Position numbers and translations under genes: made by a program. A stretch of 26,936 nucleotides of DNA from a virus. Taxonomy: Duplodnaviria; Heunggongvirae; Uroviricota; Caudoviricetes. This document shows, in pieces, positions 25,079 to 26,936 of this stretch. The notes under the pieces were generated by a model that searched no databases, was not told where the DNA came from, and worked only from the letters and a program-made list of their open reading frames with translations. The DNA is taken from IMG/VR virus record IMGVR_UViG_2660238215_000003. One strand, 5' to 3'. How positions within the stretch are numbered: the stretch's first letter is position 1; each line of letters starts with the position of its first letter.

Positions 25079-26139
25079 TGGCGAAAAATGACTTTAAAGC
25101 GTTTGCAACTGATCGGAATGCCAATGTTATGTCGCAGGAGGAATGGGAAGCGTTGCCTGCGCTTTTATCCGGATTTACAGCAGGGAAAGCATCCAGTGCG
25201 CAAGTCAATAAGGTTATTCGGCAGGCCAGCTTTATTGCTGCAGCTCTGGCCCAGTTTGTAAGTGACAAAACGCAACGGGATGTGCTTGATAATGGTGATA
25301 TGCCCGGTTTTGTTGAATTGCTGGGATCGGGGTTTGCTGTTGAATACCTGAGCCGCAAGAATCCGTTTGGCGATATCAAATCGGATGGCACGGTGAAAAC
25401 GGCTCTCGAAAACCTTGGTTTATCAGACGTTTTACATAAGGGAAATTTTGGTGTCGGGAGTAGGCTGCAAGGTAGTGCAGCCGGGAATAGCCATGTCGGT
25501 GGATTCATGTATGAACCATATCAGGCGAACAATCTTTACCCGCTAAGTGTGGCTTTAATGCAGGCAGCAGGCCCGACATCGACAGAATGGGCGCAGCTGG
25601 CTGTTTCATATGGTGGGGCATTCAGAGCTTTCCTTGGGCGACAGACTTATAATGGAAATCCTGAAATCAGTGAGTTGTACCATGACCAGCGTAAGCCGTC
25701 TGCGTCGGATGTTGGTGCCCAACCTCTGAATGCAACTCTCACCACTCTTAGTGGAAAAGATGCGGCAGGATTAAGGAGCGTCCTAGGGCTTGGAACAACA
25801 GCCACAAGAAACGTAGGTACGGGAGCGTCACAAATACCTGATATGAGTTCGTTTTTAAGCGGATCTACAGCATCAGCTTTTTGGTACAAACTTCCTGGTG
25901 GCATGGTGGTGATGGGGGGTAATGCATCTGGAATCGCCTCTGGAACTGCAGGTAATGAGGTCTTCTTCCCAATACCATTCCCAAATGCTTGCTCAAGCGT
26001 TGTCGTGACATTAGTCAGCAACGGGTTATATGCCGACACAGTCTCGTTTAATACATATATCCCTGGAACTGACCGTTTTAACGTTTATACGAATACAAGC
26101 GGCACGTACGCTATTTATTACCTGGCGTTTGGGAGTTGA
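25078..26139 (+). CDS. Tail fibre protein
   Basis: ATG overlapping the upstream TGA (TGATG); Gly/Ser/Thr-rich C-terminal half; followed by a tail fibre assembly gene. Confidence 0.7.
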   Translation: MAKNDFKAFATDRNANVMSQEEWEALPALLSGFTAGKASSAQVNKVIRQASFIAAALAQFVSDKTQRDVLDNGDMPGFVELLGSGFAVEYLSRKNPFGDIKSDGTVKTALENLGLSDVLHKGNFGVGSRLQGSAAGNSHVGGFMYEPYQANNLYPLSVALMQAAGPTSTEWAQLAVSYGGAFRAFLGRQTYNGNPEISELYHDQRKPSASDVGAQPLNATLTTLSGKDAAGLRSVLGLGTTATRNVGTGASQIPDMSSFLSGSTASAFWYKLPGGMVVMGGNASGIASGTAGNEVFFPIPFPNACSSVVVTLVSNGLYADTVSFNTYIPGTDRFNVYTNTSGTYAIYYLAFGS

Positions 26140-26140
26140 T

Positions 26141-26557
26141 ATGAACAATTACGTATGGTCAGCATTACATGTTTCATTTTTCCCTAAGGCGATGTTGCAA
26201 GATTATGAATCTGCCGGGCGGGATCTATCTGATATCATTGAAATTGATGATATGGTTTTTCAGACATTTACATCAGCGCCACCTGAAGGTAAACAACTAG
26301 GTGTCGTTAATGGAATGCCTTCTTGGGTAGACAGGTTAGCTCCACCTAATTCTGAACTGAGAAAATCAGCGCTTTCTTCACTTAGCAGCGAATATCAGGA
26401 TGATATTGAGAAACTAAACAGGGTGTGGTTAGCTGCAGCCGTTAATGGTGGTGTTAATGAGACAGCAAAAAAGGACTCCGTCCTAGCACAGATCAATGCA
26501 AGAAAATTGCAGTATGCAAATGACAGGGCTGCGATTATTGCTCAATATCCTGTTTAA
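26141..26557 (+). CDS. Tail fibre assembly protein (Tfa-like chaperone)
   Basis: ATG at 26141 with GGGAG SD, 1 nt after the fibre stop; begins MNNYVWS; AT-rich like exchangeable fibre/tfa modules. The ORF track start at 26030 is an upstream extension. Confidence 0.7.
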   Translation: MNNYVWSALHVSFFPKAMLQDYESAGRDLSDIIEIDDMVFQTFTSAPPEGKQLGVVNGMPSWVDRLAPPNSELRKSALSSLSSEYQDDIEKLNRVWLAAAVNGGVNETAKKDSVLAQINARKLQYANDRAAIIAQYPV

Positions 26558-26568
26558 TGGAGAAAATC

Positions 26569-26730
26569 ATGGCAGATTCTAATGCGTCACCAGAAAACGA
26601 AAACCAGGCGTCAAATCCAGCCTCCGAGATAAGATTTTGCCCCATATGTGGAACGCAAATGTATCAGGGAGAGCGCTACGGCTTCCAATGCTGGATTTGC
26701 CCAGAGTGTGATTTTGATGAGCCAGTGTGA
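26569..26730 (+). CDS. Possible small zinc-ribbon protein (53 aa, CPIC...CWICPEC)
   Basis: ATG with GGAG SD 6 nt upstream; CxxC...CxxC spacing; followed by a strong terminator. Preferred over the antisense 68-aa ORF in the track. Confidence 0.4.
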   Translation: MADSNASPENENQASNPASEIRFCPICGTQMYQGERYGFQCWICPECDFDEPV

Positions 26731-26784
26731 TTATAAATCTGATATGGCATGCTAAATCATGCTGGGTGTTATCTTTCCATCCCA

Positions 26785-26813
26785 AAAGAAAGGGGCTTTT
26801 AGCCCCTTTCTTT
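26785..26813. terminator. Bidirectional intrinsic terminator between convergent genes
   Basis: Perfect 12-bp stem AAAGAAAGGGGC / GCCCCTTTCTTT with loop TTTTA, A-rich upstream and T-rich downstream. Confidence 0.7.
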
Positions 26814-26934
26814 ATAATTTAACTTTCCTGCCAAGATTAATGAATGGCCTTTCTATCAATGCGTAACATAAAGATGAAATCACACAAACCATTCCAAAGC
26901 TGCCAATTAAATAAATAACCCTAAAGTCTTCTGG
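26812..26934 (-). CDS. 3' end of a convergent minus-strand membrane protein gene (possible acyltransferase-3-like C-terminus), partial
   Basis: Only one minus-strand frame is open to the window edge; C-terminal translation ...VIYLIGSFGMVCVISSLCYALIERPFINLGRKVKL ends in the terminator. The S-x-x-Y-x-x-I-E-x-P-F pattern resembles, from memory, the C-terminus of membrane O-acyltransferases. Only 40 codons visible. Confidence 0.35.
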   Translation of the reverse strand, partial: PEDFRVIYLIGSFGMVCVISSLCYALIERPFINLGRKVKL

Positions 26935-26936
26935 CT

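Noticed and set aside
26579-26785. 68-aa minus-strand ORF after tfa
   Set aside because: Overlaps the plus-strand zinc-ribbon ORF, which has a proper SD and Cys motif; the minus-strand ORF has no clear start context and would begin inside the terminator hairpin.
1-26936. CRISPR array, integrase or attachment site, toxin genes in the Q-lysis interval
   Set aside because: No direct-repeat/spacer array, no recombinase-like ORF and no toxin-like ORF were found; the Q-lysis cargo is an HNH endonuclease plus tRNAs.

Overview
Late region of a mosaic lambdoid prophage/phage (enterobacterial type), with nearly all genes on the + strand. Order: end of the nin region (NinH-like HTH protein, lambda-type Ser/Thr phosphatase), Q antiterminator with a putative late promoter and tR'-like terminator, an HNH-AP2 endonuclease gene and two tRNA genes in the Q-lysis interval, a phage-21-type lysis cassette (dual-start holin, SAR endolysin, Rz with embedded Rz1), an AT-rich moron island, terminase small and large subunits, portal, Mu-F-like head morphogenesis protein, scaffold/protease-like and major capsid genes, neck genes, a contractile-tail-type module (sheath-like, tube-like, chaperone with a -1 frameshift site, tape measure, baseplate V/W/J/I-like), tail fibre and tail fibre assembly genes, then a small zinc-ribbon ORF, a bidirectional terminator and the 3' end of a convergent membrane-protein gene. 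The best candidate for an undescribed system is an AT-rich island inside the baseplate module (about 20.2-22.1 kb): a signal-peptide protein plus a translationally coupled two-gene cassette (243 aa + 142 aa) with its own terminator, which I cannot assign to any family. No CRISPR array, integrase or att site was seen. All family assignments are from reading the translations and from memory; no database search was run. Coordinates of features I derived myself (rather than from the ORF track) may be off by a base or two.
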